A model generated the notes under the pieces. It saw only the letters and a list, made by a program, of their open reading frames with translations. It made no database searches and was not told where the DNA came from. Both the position numbers and the translations under genes were made by a program. From positions 1-64,000 of IMG/VR virus record IMGVR_UViG_3300035703_000009: a DNA stretch of 64,000 nt; one strand, written 5' to 3'. Shown in pieces: positions 7,798 through 16,544 of this stretch. The stretch's first letter is position 1. Each line of letters opens with the position of its first letter.

Positions 7798-8448
7798 ATG
7801 TCAGAACGAGTACTAAATTTCTCAGAATTCTTCACAAAATACTCAAAGGAAGGACACGTAGACCAGGCAAGCCTTGATAACTTTACAGGAGCAGCCGCTA
7901 ACTTTGAAGAAGGATTTGACAAAGACACATACGACCAAGCTCCACTGGGTCCAAAAAAACCGATCGCATCAAGCACTGAGACAACTCCTCCACAACCTGG
8001 AGAAGTAGGAGCTCCTACCTTTAACGCAGAAACAGAAGAAGACATGGTCGCGCCAGACGAGATCGTTGCTGCCGATGAACCTGAAGGAGATGCAGAAGAG
8101 CCAGCCGAAGAGGCTGATGAATCTGATGAGCCGACAGAAGAAAAAGAAGAGAATGATGAGACACCAGAACCGGAAGCCGGCGCTAATCCTAAGAAGAAAG
8201 AAGAAAAGGTAGAAGAAGGATTAGTTGTAGATTTCGCTAACTTCATCAATGAAGAGTTCGATGACTTTGAATACGAAGGAGATGATCACTATCATGAAGA
8301 GCAAGAAGAAGACGACTTATTGGGAGCTAATCCATTTGACGAAGACGATGACTTTGGCCATGAAGAAGACGAATACGAATATTGCGATCAGTGTGACGAA
8401 CCTATCTATCACACGGTAGAAGGAGCAAGCTGCGGATGTAACATGTAA
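7798..8448 (+). CDS. acidic low-complexity late protein, putative internal head protein
   Basis: Late promoter; N-terminal VLNFSEFF and internal VVDFANFINE motifs; D/E-rich; C-terminal CxxC...CxC. Confidence 0.7.
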   Translation: MSERVLNFSEFFTKYSKEGHVDQASLDNFTGAAANFEEGFDKDTYDQAPLGPKKPIASSTETTPPQPGEVGAPTFNAETEEDMVAPDEIVAADEPEGDAEEPAEEADESDEPTEEKEENDETPEPEAGANPKKKEEKVEEGLVVDFANFINEEFDDFEYEGDDHYHEEQEEDDLLGANPFDEDDDFGHEEDEYEYCDQCDEPIYHTVEGASCGCNM

Positions 8449-8460
8449 AAAACTTAACGA

Positions 8461-9054
8461 ATGACTGGAATAATTATTGCATTCTTAGCAGGAGCGACGG
8501 CCGCAACATCTGCCTTGCTTGCCAAAAAATACTTGGCAACTAAAAAAAGACCTGACCTGATCGCTGACACAGTGAACAACGCTAACGTGATACACGATCA
8601 ATTAGATAAAATGCTAATAGAGTTTGAAGCCAACCGAATTTGGATAGCACAGTTTCACAATGGCGGACACTATTATCCAACCGGTAAGTCAATCCAAAAA
8701 TTTAGCTTCTTTTTTGAAGTAGTAAAGAACACAAAGGACGCTATTCAATCTAATTTTCAAAACATACCAGTGAACCTGTTTAGCAGAGCGCTAGGACAGA
8801 TACTTGAGAACGACATAATCGCTATCCCAGACTATAAAGACAAGAAGGTCGCTACCTATGGATTAAAATATGTGGCTGAGACCCACAAGTCAAAGAGCTC
8901 ATACCTTTTTGCCATCCGCAACGTTGACAACCGACTGATTGGTGTCATCGGGATCGACTATACCGAAAAAACTAAAAAACTTGATCCTCTTGATGTGACC
9001 CTACTTAAGTTAGAGGCAACCAAGATCGGTGGAGTGTTGATGAGTCACCTATGA
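8461..9054 (+). CDS. TM + GAF-like domain protein, putative T4 gpT-type holin
   Basis: Single N-terminal TM helix followed by ANRIWIAQFHNG...LIGVIGIDY, a GAF-fold pattern. Confidence 0.6.
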   Translation: MTGIIIAFLAGATAATSALLAKKYLATKKRPDLIADTVNNANVIHDQLDKMLIEFEANRIWIAQFHNGGHYYPTGKSIQKFSFFFEVVKNTKDAIQSNFQNIPVNLFSRALGQILENDIIAIPDYKDKKVATYGLKYVAETHKSKSSYLFAIRNVDNRLIGVIGIDYTEKTKKLDPLDVTLLKLEATKIGGVLMSHL

Positions 9055-9326
9055 GACTATTAGAAAGCTTTATGGAGTTCATTCAATCTGCTGCAGTGCA
9101 CCAACAACCCGATGCATATTCATATTATGGCAGCAATCCACGTAGAGCAGGAAAACGACTGATTGATAACTTACGAGAATTTTCTCAATCGTCAAACTCG
9201 TCATCATCAAAATCGTCTAAGTCTCCAGTCGGAGCAGAAGGCACTGAACCTAGTGTAGGAAAGTCCCAATTGAGCAAGACGTCGTCTAACTCATCGCTGA
9301 CCATCGTCAAGACTTGTAAGTCTTGA
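9051..9326 (+). CDS. hypothetical late protein (3' half overlaps an antisense gene)
   Basis: ATGA-coupled to the upstream gene; N-terminus MRLLESFMEFI. Confidence 0.45.
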   Translation: MRLLESFMEFIQSAAVHQQPDAYSYYGSNPRRAGKRLIDNLREFSQSSNSSSSKSSKSPVGAEGTEPSVGKSQLSKTSSNSSLTIVKTCKS

Positions 9327-9442
9327 ATCGCATGCCCGCTACTCTTCGTTAAAACTCGAGTCTTAATGGCTTCAAGCTTTTTTAAGATCTCATTTTCAAT
9401 CTCTTTAAGCGCAATCTTGATTTCTGGTGATTCTTGTGACAT
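9185..9442 (-). CDS. hypothetical protein with acidic tail
   Basis: Own AAAAC-N18-TACTAT promoter ending 5 nt before the ATG. Confidence 0.65.
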   Translation of the reverse strand: MSQESPEIKIALKEIENEILKKLEAIKTRVLTKSSGHAIQDLQVLTMVSDELDDVLLNWDFPTLGSVPSAPTGDLDDFDDDEFDD

Positions 9443-9478
9443 GTTCTATAGTACTAGTAAAAGTTTTTCGAGTTTTAG

Positions 9479-9485
9479 ATAAATA
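9479..9485 (+). promoter_or_regulatory. late promoter ATAAATA
   Basis: 18 nt before ATG 9503. Confidence 0.7.
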
Positions 9486-9502
9486 ATCAAGACAAATAAC
9501 TT

Positions 9503-9895
9503 ATGAACATGCTTAAACTTAGAAGACTAGTAGAACAAGATGAACCGATGTCAGCAATGACTGCACCGGCTCAGCCTGACATGCAAATGCCAGCCATGCC
9601 AGCTGACTTACCTGCACAGCTACCTACTCCAGCTCAATCGACTGTACCTGTTGATCCGATGACAATGACTGTTAGGGACTTTTTAGATAAGTGCAAGTCA
9701 CTTGACCCTCTAGTTTGCATGGGCATAGAGTCATTCATAGAAAAAAATACTGAAGCTTTCGGCGCAGATCAAGCACAAAGTGAGCCAGACCTTACTTTCT
9801 CAAATGCAGTTCAACCTGCAGCACCTCAAGCACCAGCTCAAGTTGAACCATTTTCCCTAGATCAAGCACCGGACGCTCTTAACTTCCCGGGATAA
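9503..9895 (+). CDS. Pro/Ala-rich late protein
   Basis: Late promoter; N-terminal LRRLVEQ. Confidence 0.65.
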   Translation: MNMLKLRRLVEQDEPMSAMTAPAQPDMQMPAMPADLPAQLPTPAQSTVPVDPMTMTVRDFLDKCKSLDPLVCMGIESFIEKNTEAFGADQAQSEPDLTFSNAVQPAAPQAPAQVEPFSLDQAPDALNFPG

Positions 9896-10179
9896 TGAGA
9901 GCAAAGAACTTCGATCAATACTTAAATGAAGTGCTAGGAGCAAATTCGATGGAAACCGACCCATTGGACTTAATCTTACGTCCAGACATTATTAGGCCCA
10001 ACCCAGTGACTTTGGGAGCTGGCTCAAGCTCGACAATACCTATGCATTGGAACAACTCACCATTTCTATCAGGAAGCAGGCTGACCAGTGCTTTTGGAAT
10101 AAATCCAAAGGCTCCGACTAGAAAGAAAGCATTACGCTTCCATGAGTTCATAGGAGCAGTTAAGAAGCTCACTAAATAA
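9895..10179 (+). CDS. putative internal head protein
   Basis: N-terminus MRAKNFDQYLNE; C-terminal LRFHEFI. Confidence 0.65.
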   Translation: MRAKNFDQYLNEVLGANSMETDPLDLILRPDIIRPNPVTLGAGSSSTIPMHWNNSPFLSGSRLTSAFGINPKAPTRKKALRFHEFIGAVKKLTK

Positions 10180-10182
10180 ATA
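10176..10182 (+). promoter_or_regulatory. late promoter ATAAATA
   Basis: 15 nt before ATG 10197. Confidence 0.7.
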
Positions 10183-10196
10183 ATAAAAAGAAGACC

Positions 10197-10562
10197 ATGG
10201 CATACGTCTCAAACTTTAAGAAATTCATCAAAACAGAAGAAAAGAAAACGACTGAAACTGGTGCGAACCCATCAATAGAGGAACAGGTTACATCGACTGA
10301 ACCTACTACTGATACTCCAGACACGAATGCTGCTCAGACCGAGACTCCGGCTGCTCCGGCAAGCGTAGAAGCAGATCCTGCGGTTGCAGCAGCTCGTCAA
10401 TCAGTCGCTCAAGCTATCGCAAATCGTGATAAGACGGTAATGGCAAAACAGGCTGAACTAGATAAACTAAAGACTGATCAGAATAACTTGGTTAACACAG
10501 CTAACACTAACTTAAATAAAGCCCTGCAAGACGCAGCTAAAAAACAAACAACTCAAGCCTAA
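10197..10562 (+). CDS. putative internal head protein, Thr/Ala-rich
   Basis: N-terminus MAYVSNFKKFI; late promoter. Confidence 0.65.
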   Translation: MAYVSNFKKFIKTEEKKTTETGANPSIEEQVTSTEPTTDTPDTNAAQTETPAAPASVEADPAVAAARQSVAQAIANRDKTVMAKQAELDKLKTDQNNLVNTANTNLNKALQDAAKKQTTQA

Positions 10563-11005
10563 TGGAACCCGTAAAGTCATACTCTGAGTTCGTCAACGAA
10601 GGCACCAAAGAAGTGGTGTACCCTACCAACTTTAAGGGCATGGTACAGAGCACACTAGCCAGCGTTTATACATCAGTGATGGCGATTGCCCAGGAACTAG
10701 CTAACGAAAAGGCAGCTCGTAATCCTTCGCGATATACCGGCACTATCGAGGAAGTTGACATCACCAGAGCGTTGAACATGATCTTTCACAGCGACTGGAA
10801 AAAGAAGCTAAAGCAGAAGGCCCTAGGCCAAATGATGTTAAAATCGGCGGAACGCGCCGGCAAGCAGGACGCAGTCGTCGCTAAGAAGAATCAACGTGCG
10901 ATGGGTAGAATGCTTGGAGACAAGAAATTTAACCTGGAAGTCGATAAACAGAGCGTTCGTTTTAGCGACGAACGTGGAGGTTTTGGACCCGGCTCAAACC
11001 AATAA
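10562..11005 (+). CDS. putative internal head protein
   Basis: N-terminus MEPVKSYSEFVNE resembles the T4 capsid-targeting sequence. Confidence 0.65.
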   Translation: MEPVKSYSEFVNEGTKEVVYPTNFKGMVQSTLASVYTSVMAIAQELANEKAARNPSRYTGTIEEVDITRALNMIFHSDWKKKLKQKALGQMMLKSAERAGKQDAVVAKKNQRAMGRMLGDKKFNLEVDKQSVRFSDERGGFGPGSNQ

Positions 11006-11011
11006 AGAGAA

Positions 11012-11746
11012 ATGACTGAACATGAACTCATACGCGACATAAACGACGAGATCACCTTCTCAGGCTCTCTACCTTACTCTTTGCCAGAAAGGGAGATCAA
11101 ACGTATCCTTACTAACGATTCTAGGTTCTTTTGGGACAATTGGAGACACGCAGTTGAGAGTAGATACTTACTCTTACCGACTGAGTTATTTGATACTCCA
11201 CAGTTCAAGAAGCATCGCCAGCTTCAACTACCAGATTGCGTGCAGTTCGTGGTAGACTTTAAAGAGGCCAAGGGTGGATCGATCTTCGCAACAATAGACC
11301 GCGACTTCTCAGAACAAAAATTTATTGGTTCCGAGATCTACTTGACCCCATTCATCGGCGAGAGCATCATGTATCGTACTGTGATCTTCTCATTTTTAGA
11401 CCTAACTAAGGGTCTAATGCTCGATACTATCGCATATGACTATAATAAGAATACCAAGATGCTTGGAGTATTAGGTAGGACTCCAAAGACTAATGCAGTA
11501 CTTAGGATCTATAAAAAGCTAGAACAGGAGAAGCTCTTTGAGGACGAACTCTTTCAGAGATATGTGCGTGCCCATGCAAAGGTAAGACTATCTCACATGC
11601 TACAGACATTTAACTATACCTTACCTGGAGACGTCACTGTGAACTATGCTAACATTGTCACCACTGCTGAAAAGGAGATGGAAGACGTTAAAGCTATGAT
11701 GAAAGGTGAGAATACGCCGGATTGGCTGTACCTTTATCATCAATAA
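11012..11746 (+). CDS. neck/head-tail adaptor protein (T4 gp13-like)
   Basis: C-terminal FQRYVRAHAK...FNYTLPGDVTVNY...AEKE pattern resembles gp13; late operon. Confidence 0.65.
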   Translation: MTEHELIRDINDEITFSGSLPYSLPEREIKRILTNDSRFFWDNWRHAVESRYLLLPTELFDTPQFKKHRQLQLPDCVQFVVDFKEAKGGSIFATIDRDFSEQKFIGSEIYLTPFIGESIMYRTVIFSFLDLTKGLMLDTIAYDYNKNTKMLGVLGRTPKTNAVLRIYKKLEQEKLFEDELFQRYVRAHAKVRLSHMLQTFNYTLPGDVTVNYANIVTTAEKEMEDVKAMMKGENTPDWLYLYHQ

Positions 11747-11755
11747 TCTATTAAA

Positions 11756-12133
11756 ATGCCACAAATTAGAGACTTTTACTTTAGAGACCAAACTGATCCT
11801 GCTTTTAGAGCTGACCAGCTAGAAGTATACGATAGCTTAGAAGAGACTCTACAGCAGGTGAAGATGACTCTGTTTACTCGTAAGGGCGAGGTGCTCGGCG
11901 AACCTAACTTTGGGATCGATGTTGAGAAGTATCTCTTTGAGTTTACAGTAGACCCTTTTTCCCTTTCTAAAGAAGCGACTGACCAGCTCAACACATATGT
12001 TGGTGAAGGTCGCTCTCGCAATATCACGACCCGCCCTGCAACCTATAAAGATTCCAGAGCTGGTCGTGAAATTTTCGTTCTTCTAATTGATATTCCTGAA
12101 TTGAAGAATCCTCTTTCTATTTTTTACGATTAA
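11756..12133 (+). CDS. baseplate wedge/sheath initiator (T4 gp25-like)
   Basis: LFTRKGEVLGEPNFGIDVEKYLFE motif. Confidence 0.8.
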   Translation: MPQIRDFYFRDQTDPAFRADQLEVYDSLEETLQQVKMTLFTRKGEVLGEPNFGIDVEKYLFEFTVDPFSLSKEATDQLNTYVGEGRSRNITTRPATYKDSRAGREIFVLLIDIPELKNPLSIFYD

Positions 12134-12135
12134 AT

Positions 12136-13845
12136 TTATAGAGCGCCTGCGCCTTTAGTTTCTCCGCCTTCTATGGTCTCAGCTCCTGCGGCAGGCTGTT
12201 CTGCTGTTGCTGCTGGTGCAGCAGCTGATGCACCTCCTCCTGCTGGAGCAGCCGCTTCTGATGCTGCAGCTTTTTCTTCAGCTGCCTTGCTCGCATCGAT
12301 CCAGTGTTTGTTAGAATCAATTTCGTCAGCAGTTAACCTTAGTTCTTTTCTAATGAGGTATTCGGTTGAGAAATATGGTGTACCATCGTCCTTCATGATT
12401 CCTTTCTTCGCAGTAAACGAAGCGATTCTCTTGGATTCAAGCTCATTCTGCTTCATTTCTTCAAAGACGTTATCGTTATTGAAAGTTATTCCAAGACCAT
12501 TACCGAACTTATAATCAGTCGCAAGATCAGGAAAGTCTAGGCACATCTGCAGGTAAAAAGGTTTAGTAATTAGTTCGGCAAAGACCGTACGCAGACGTCG
12601 AACGAATTTCTGATAACGAATCTCCTCACGAGTGATGCCCTCAGCGTTTAGCGTGAAGGCCCCCATACCGCTCTGTCCTTCCCAACGTGAGTAAGGAATC
12701 TTGGAGTCCATCTTCAGTTTCTTATAGAAGTAGTTTAGCAATTCAGAACCAGATAAGTTTGGGCCAGGCCATTGTAGAGGTTCGATCTTTACTTGTTGGT
12801 TCTGGTCATTGACTGGTAGCACATAGTTCTTATAGAACATCACGTTCGGCTTGCCCTCAACGCTCAGCTCACCAGTGTCACCGTTAAAGTAGATGTCCTC
12901 CTTAAGCAAGTTCATGAACTCTCTAACGTCTTCCTGACTCTTCTGTAAGCTCTTAGAACCAATCGGCACAGTAGTCGTCAGACGAATCGGTGCGTTCATC
13001 ACGTGCCAAATTACTTTGCTGTGTTCGATGATGCGTAATAAGTTAAAAGACCTGATCAAGCGCTCGGTGAAAGAGACGCGTTTGGTCCTAAAGTGGTTTG
13101 AGTAGGAAAGGTAGATGATTTGTGAGTCGTTTAGCACTCTAGTCGAACCGTTTGACTGGTCGTACTGTACCCATTGCAAGAATAACTTGCCCTTAGCATC
13201 CTTTTGTAACTGAGGAGCTAGACTCACAGGATCAAGCTCTTTAAAGCCGATGATCTCGGTAGGTTTCTGTAGGTTGTCATACAGAATCTCAAAGGCCAGG
13301 TGACCCTCAACCAGGAACTGGAAGGCGTACTGCCATGCCGTGATAGCTGTGTCAAACCCCCAAGCTGTATAGATCTTCTCAAAGTTCTCGTTGTACTTGG
13401 TGACAACCTTTTCTTGATAGTTTAGACGCTCGTCCTTAGTATTACCTTGATAGATCATCTTACCGGTAAGGTCTCGGCTGTAACAAAACCTGTTCTCCTC
13501 GTCATAGACGATCATGTCGTCGACGATGGTTTCGAGAATGAATTCAATCTCGCCATTGGCCGCAACGTCACGTAGTCGTTCACGCTTGACAGCATAGTCC
13601 AATTGGAAAAAGGCGATCGCTTTGGTCCTCAGCTGGGAGGTAGTATCGGCGATTGCCATCGAAAACTTGAGCAGGTCTGAGCTGTCTGCGCTAAGCTTGT
13701 TTGAGCGAGCTGCGATCTGGCTCTCGATGAAGCCGATCGCCTGTGAGTTTTTTAGGAGAAGGTCCTCGTATCGAGTGCCGAACTTACTAAGTCCTTCAAG
13801 CGCTCCTCCTGCTCTGTTTTTACGTACGTCTAAGAATCCTGCCAT
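12136..13845 (-). CDS. gp20: portal protein (T4 gp20-like)
   Basis: EIEFILETIVDDMIVYD, FLVEGHL, YFYKKL...KIPYSR, ITREEIRYQKFVRRLR and EEMKQNEL. Confidence 0.9.
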   Translation of the reverse strand: MAGFLDVRKNRAGGALEGLSKFGTRYEDLLLKNSQAIGFIESQIAARSNKLSADSSDLLKFSMAIADTTSQLRTKAIAFFQLDYAVKRERLRDVAANGEIEFILETIVDDMIVYDEENRFCYSRDLTGKMIYQGNTKDERLNYQEKVVTKYNENFEKIYTAWGFDTAITAWQYAFQFLVEGHLAFEILYDNLQKPTEIIGFKELDPVSLAPQLQKDAKGKLFLQWVQYDQSNGSTRVLNDSQIIYLSYSNHFRTKRVSFTERLIRSFNLLRIIEHSKVIWHVMNAPIRLTTTVPIGSKSLQKSQEDVREFMNLLKEDIYFNGDTGELSVEGKPNVMFYKNYVLPVNDQNQQVKIEPLQWPGPNLSGSELLNYFYKKLKMDSKIPYSRWEGQSGMGAFTLNAEGITREEIRYQKFVRRLRTVFAELITKPFYLQMCLDFPDLATDYKFGNGLGITFNNDNVFEEMKQNELESKRIASFTAKKGIMKDDGTPYFSTEYLIRKELRLTADEIDSNKHWIDASKAAEEKAAASEAAAPAGGGASAAAPAATAEQPAAGAETIEGGETKGAGAL

Positions 13846-13848
13846 GTA

Positions 13849-14469
13849 TTAAAGTGTTGATTTTTCTATGAATTCCTCAAAGACTAGCTCCATGTTTAGC
13901 ATTTCTGGAAAGAGCCCAAGTGGTGAGAACTTTGGTCGAACTAGGAGCCCAAATTGATCGAAATCAATGAGCCGAGCTTCGACTACGTCCTCTATTTTAT
14001 ATTTATTTATAGCATAGTCGAGGTTTGTTGCTCCAATCGACTGTGCAAGTAAGCTGGGTGGAAAGAGATAGAACCTCTTGTCAAGGAGACGACGTTGTTC
14101 GATCGGAAGTAAATTACCGTCTTCGAAAAGAGTAGGCAGGCCATTTCGTGAAGCTAACTCATAGTATGCCTCAAGTAGTTTAGATGCGATTTTTGCCGGA
14201 ATCACCTTCAAGTTTAGCATCAACATCGTCTGTTGCCAGTTATCATGATAGAGTAGCAGACCAGTCGGCATCATGTCATAGTATCGCCGACCTCTGGTGA
14301 GAGTCGGTACTGTCTGTTCAGTAAGGGCGACTGCTGGGCTGATCATAGTAAGCGAATAGAATCTTCCAGGAATGATCTGCAGCTTTGGCTGCGGAATTCC
14401 GACCTCCTGGCCTACTGCTGTCAGGGAAAGGCGTCCGTCGTTCTTTTTTATTTGGCTAAAGGTCTTCAC
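13849..14469 (-). CDS. putative DNA end protector (T4 gp2-like)
   Basis: IPGRFY, YYDMMP and LNL motifs; located next to the gp4-like gene as in T4. Confidence 0.5.
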   Translation of the reverse strand: MKTFSQIKKNDGRLSLTAVGQEVGIPQPKLQIIPGRFYSLTMISPAVALTEQTVPTLTRGRRYYDMMPTGLLLYHDNWQQTMLMLNLKVIPAKIASKLLEAYYELASRNGLPTLFEDGNLLPIEQRRLLDKRFYLFPPSLLAQSIGATNLDYAINKYKIEDVVEARLIDFDQFGLLVRPKFSPLGLFPEMLNMELVFEEFIEKSTL

Positions 14470-14481
14470 TAATTATTTCTT

Positions 14482-14982
14482 TTACATGTTATTGAACAGA
14501 AAGTTTTCGGTGATGATACCAAACTTCATGTTTTGACTCAACGCATACGCTTGAGCGGCCTTAAACTTTGCAGTATTGATGATATACATCTTCGCATGAC
14601 GCGCATAGTTTAATGTCTGTTTTTCAGTGAGCCGAGTAGGAGGCTCAGGTGGAGTCAAGTACTTGTTGGGTTTGATCTCGATAAGCCACTTCGTCACAGA
14701 ATCATCCTGGTTCCTCGTGCACATATAACAGTCGATCCAATATGTACTCTCCTTTTTGAGAATCGGATTAAAGTAAGGGATCCCGTGAGGTTCTGAGGCA
14801 TACTCAAGGACTCGGATATGATTGTCACAGTACTCTAAGAACTTAAATTCCCAGCTAGAACGATAGATGATCTTAGTAAGGTCTCCCTTGTACTTTTCTG
14901 GGTTCTTGGGAGTAAAATAACCCTGACGAACTCTGCCGTTTTGCGGCTTGAGAAAATCATGGATGTCCTTTTTAGCTTTCAT
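14482..14982 (-). CDS. gp4: head completion nuclease (T4 gp4-like, TnsA-N fold)
   Basis: PKNPEKYKGD...IIYRSSWE.KF..YCD, IPY, IEIKP, N.AK..AA and IITE. Confidence 0.85.
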   Translation of the reverse strand: MKAKKDIHDFLKPQNGRVRQGYFTPKNPEKYKGDLTKIIYRSSWEFKFLEYCDNHIRVLEYASEPHGIPYFNPILKKESTYWIDCYMCTRNQDDSVTKWLIEIKPNKYLTPPEPPTRLTEKQTLNYARHAKMYIINTAKFKAAQAYALSQNMKFGIITENFLFNNM

Positions 14983-14989
14983 ATAGGAT

Positions 14990-14996
14990 TATTTAT
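14990..14996 (-). promoter_or_regulatory. late promoter ATAAATA (gp4-gp2-portal operon)
   Basis: GGATAAATAATCC on the minus strand just upstream of gp4. Confidence 0.65.
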
Positions 14997-15000
14997 CCAA

Positions 15001-15031
15001 AAATAAAAATGGAGCCGACTTGGGCTCCATT
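15001..15031 (-). terminator. intrinsic terminator
   Basis: AATGGAGCC/GGCTCCATT hairpin followed by a T-rich tract on the minus strand. Confidence 0.7.
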
Positions 15032-15051
15032 CAGTTATCTGTGAGTTAGGC

Positions 15052-15363
15052 TTAACCTACGTTGTCTGCGATGAATTGGTCTGCGTCCTCTGGGCCGATT
15101 TTGCCCTGCTCAACGAGCTTTAGGATTAGTGAGGCAATCGCCAGCTTTTCAGGCACTGCGTCCTCGTCGATCTCTACTTCATTACGTTCGAAAGCGGCGA
15201 CTAGGTCCTCGTGAGCTTCCTTTGCGGCAGCCTCAACTTCTTCTTCAGAACCAACTAGCTCAACCAGTTCGTCCAGCATTTGAGTGTCTAGGTCGAGCGC
15301 ATTTTCCTCATCCGGATTGGCACCAACCACATAATTTTCATCGAGTCTAAGTAACTTAACCAT
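15052..15363 (-). CDS. acidic late protein
   Basis: Late promoter at 15380-15386; N-terminus MVKLLRLDEN. Confidence 0.7.
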   Translation of the reverse strand: MVKLLRLDENYVVGANPDEENALDLDTQMLDELVELVGSEEEVEAAAKEAHEDLVAAFERNEVEIDEDAVPEKLAIASLILKLVEQGKIGPEDADQFIADNVG

Positions 15364-15379
15364 GGTGGTATGTTTTTAT

Positions 15380-15386
15380 TATTTAT
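15380..15386 (-). promoter_or_regulatory. late promoter ATAAATA
   Basis: 17 nt before ATG 15363. Confidence 0.7.
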
Positions 15387-15395
15387 CAACCCAAC

Positions 15396-16544
15396 TTACG
15401 CTAAAATGAGATCAAATGCCGAGTCTGAAAAGTATTGAGCGAGCATGGAATTAAAGCTCACAAAGGTTAAAGAAGAATCTCGAATCGAGAGGAAGAGGTA
15501 AAGGTCATTGATGTCTTTCACATCAAGCAAGAGTCGAGCCGATTGGGGATATTTCTTCTTTAGGTCGCTTATCAGCTTGGTCCACAAGAAGACTTGATAT
15601 CCCTGCTTCAGAAGCTCAATCGATTGCTGCTTACCGGCCTTGTCGTTGTCGAAGAGAATACGAGAGTTCTTTTTGGTGACCAAGTTACCGAGTAAGGCCT
15701 TGCTCTTTGTCACGCCGGTGGTGGCGATCGAGTTGTCAAGGAACATCGAATCGATCTGGCCCTCAGTAATAATTATGGGACGCGAGAAGTCAACGTTCAG
15801 CACGTTGAAGTAGTTATTTAACGAGTCGATTTCTTGAATCAGGCTGTCCTCCAGGTCCCTCACGAGGCCGTTCTTTTTGAGTTCAGAATAGTTCTTGATG
15901 TTGTACTTTGGTCCGGGCATGGAATCATCGAGCTTACGTAGGGCAAAGCCCAGCATTCGGCCCGACTTGAGGTCTAGGTTGAATAAGTACACCTTGTCCT
16001 GTCGAGAGTCATAATAACAACTCGACTCAAACACAGGTAGACTGTCAATCTTACGCTTTTTGACGAATCGGCCGACTGGGCTCTCAGGATCGGCCTCACT
16101 GCAAGGTAACAGAGAAAACCTCTCGACTAGGTCATCAAACATTAGCAGTTTCTGACCGATCTCACGATTGATGAGAAGCTCTATTAAAAAGCCTCTCTTC
16201 TTTAGCGTGGTCTCAGGCTTGAACTCTACTCGCTTCTTCTCTAACCCAGGTAGGGTCAAGTTATACTTGGTTGAAAAGTGGGAGATGAACTTTGCAAGCG
16301 GCACCCACACCATGCAACCGTCGTTGTAACACTTATAGGTATGGGTTTTGAGGTAGAGGTTACCTCGTTTCTTGTGTGAATCGGATGCGGAGTCGCCACA
16401 GTAAGGGCAGGCAATGTTTATCTTGTCTCCGTCTGACTCATATATCTCTTGCTTAGTCAACTCGTTTGGAAACCTTCGCTTCAGTACTGCCTTACAGAAC
16501 TGTTGCAGAGAGTAGTCGGTCTTCAGGTCCAGTTGGTTATTCAT
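15396..16544 (-). CDS. gp61: DNA primase (T4 gp61-like)
   Basis: Zinc finger CPYCGDS...YKCYNDGC and TOPRIM motifs ITEGQIDSMF and FDND; likely start MNNQLD at 16544. Confidence 0.88.
   Translation of the reverse strand: MNNQLDLKTDYSLQQFCKAVLKRRFPNELTKQEIYESDGDKINIACPYCGDSASDSHKKRGNLYLKTHTYKCYNDGCMVWVPLAKFISHFSTKYNLTLPGLEKKRVEFKPETTLKKRGFLIELLINREIGQKLLMFDDLVERFSLLPCSEADPESPVGRFVKKRKIDSLPVFESSCYYDSRQDKVYLFNLDLKSGRMLGFALRKLDDSMPGPKYNIKNYSELKKNGLVRDLEDSLIQEIDSLNNYFNVLNVDFSRPIIITEGQIDSMFLDNSIATTGVTKSKALLGNLVTKKNSRILFDNDKAGKQQSIELLKQGYQVFLWTKLISDLKKKYPQSARLLLDVKDINDLYLFLSIRDSSLTFVSFNSMLAQYFSDSAFDLILA

Noticed and set aside
7782-8249. Ser-rich antisense ORF (and similar ones such as 12173-12514, 24202-24450, 31245-31670)
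   Set aside because: Antisense shadows of low-complexity or well-supported genes on the other strand.
14482-14982. TnsA transposase or Tn7-like element
   Set aside because: Same fold as T4 gp4; it lies in a late operon with the portal gene and there are no tnsB/C genes or transposon ends.
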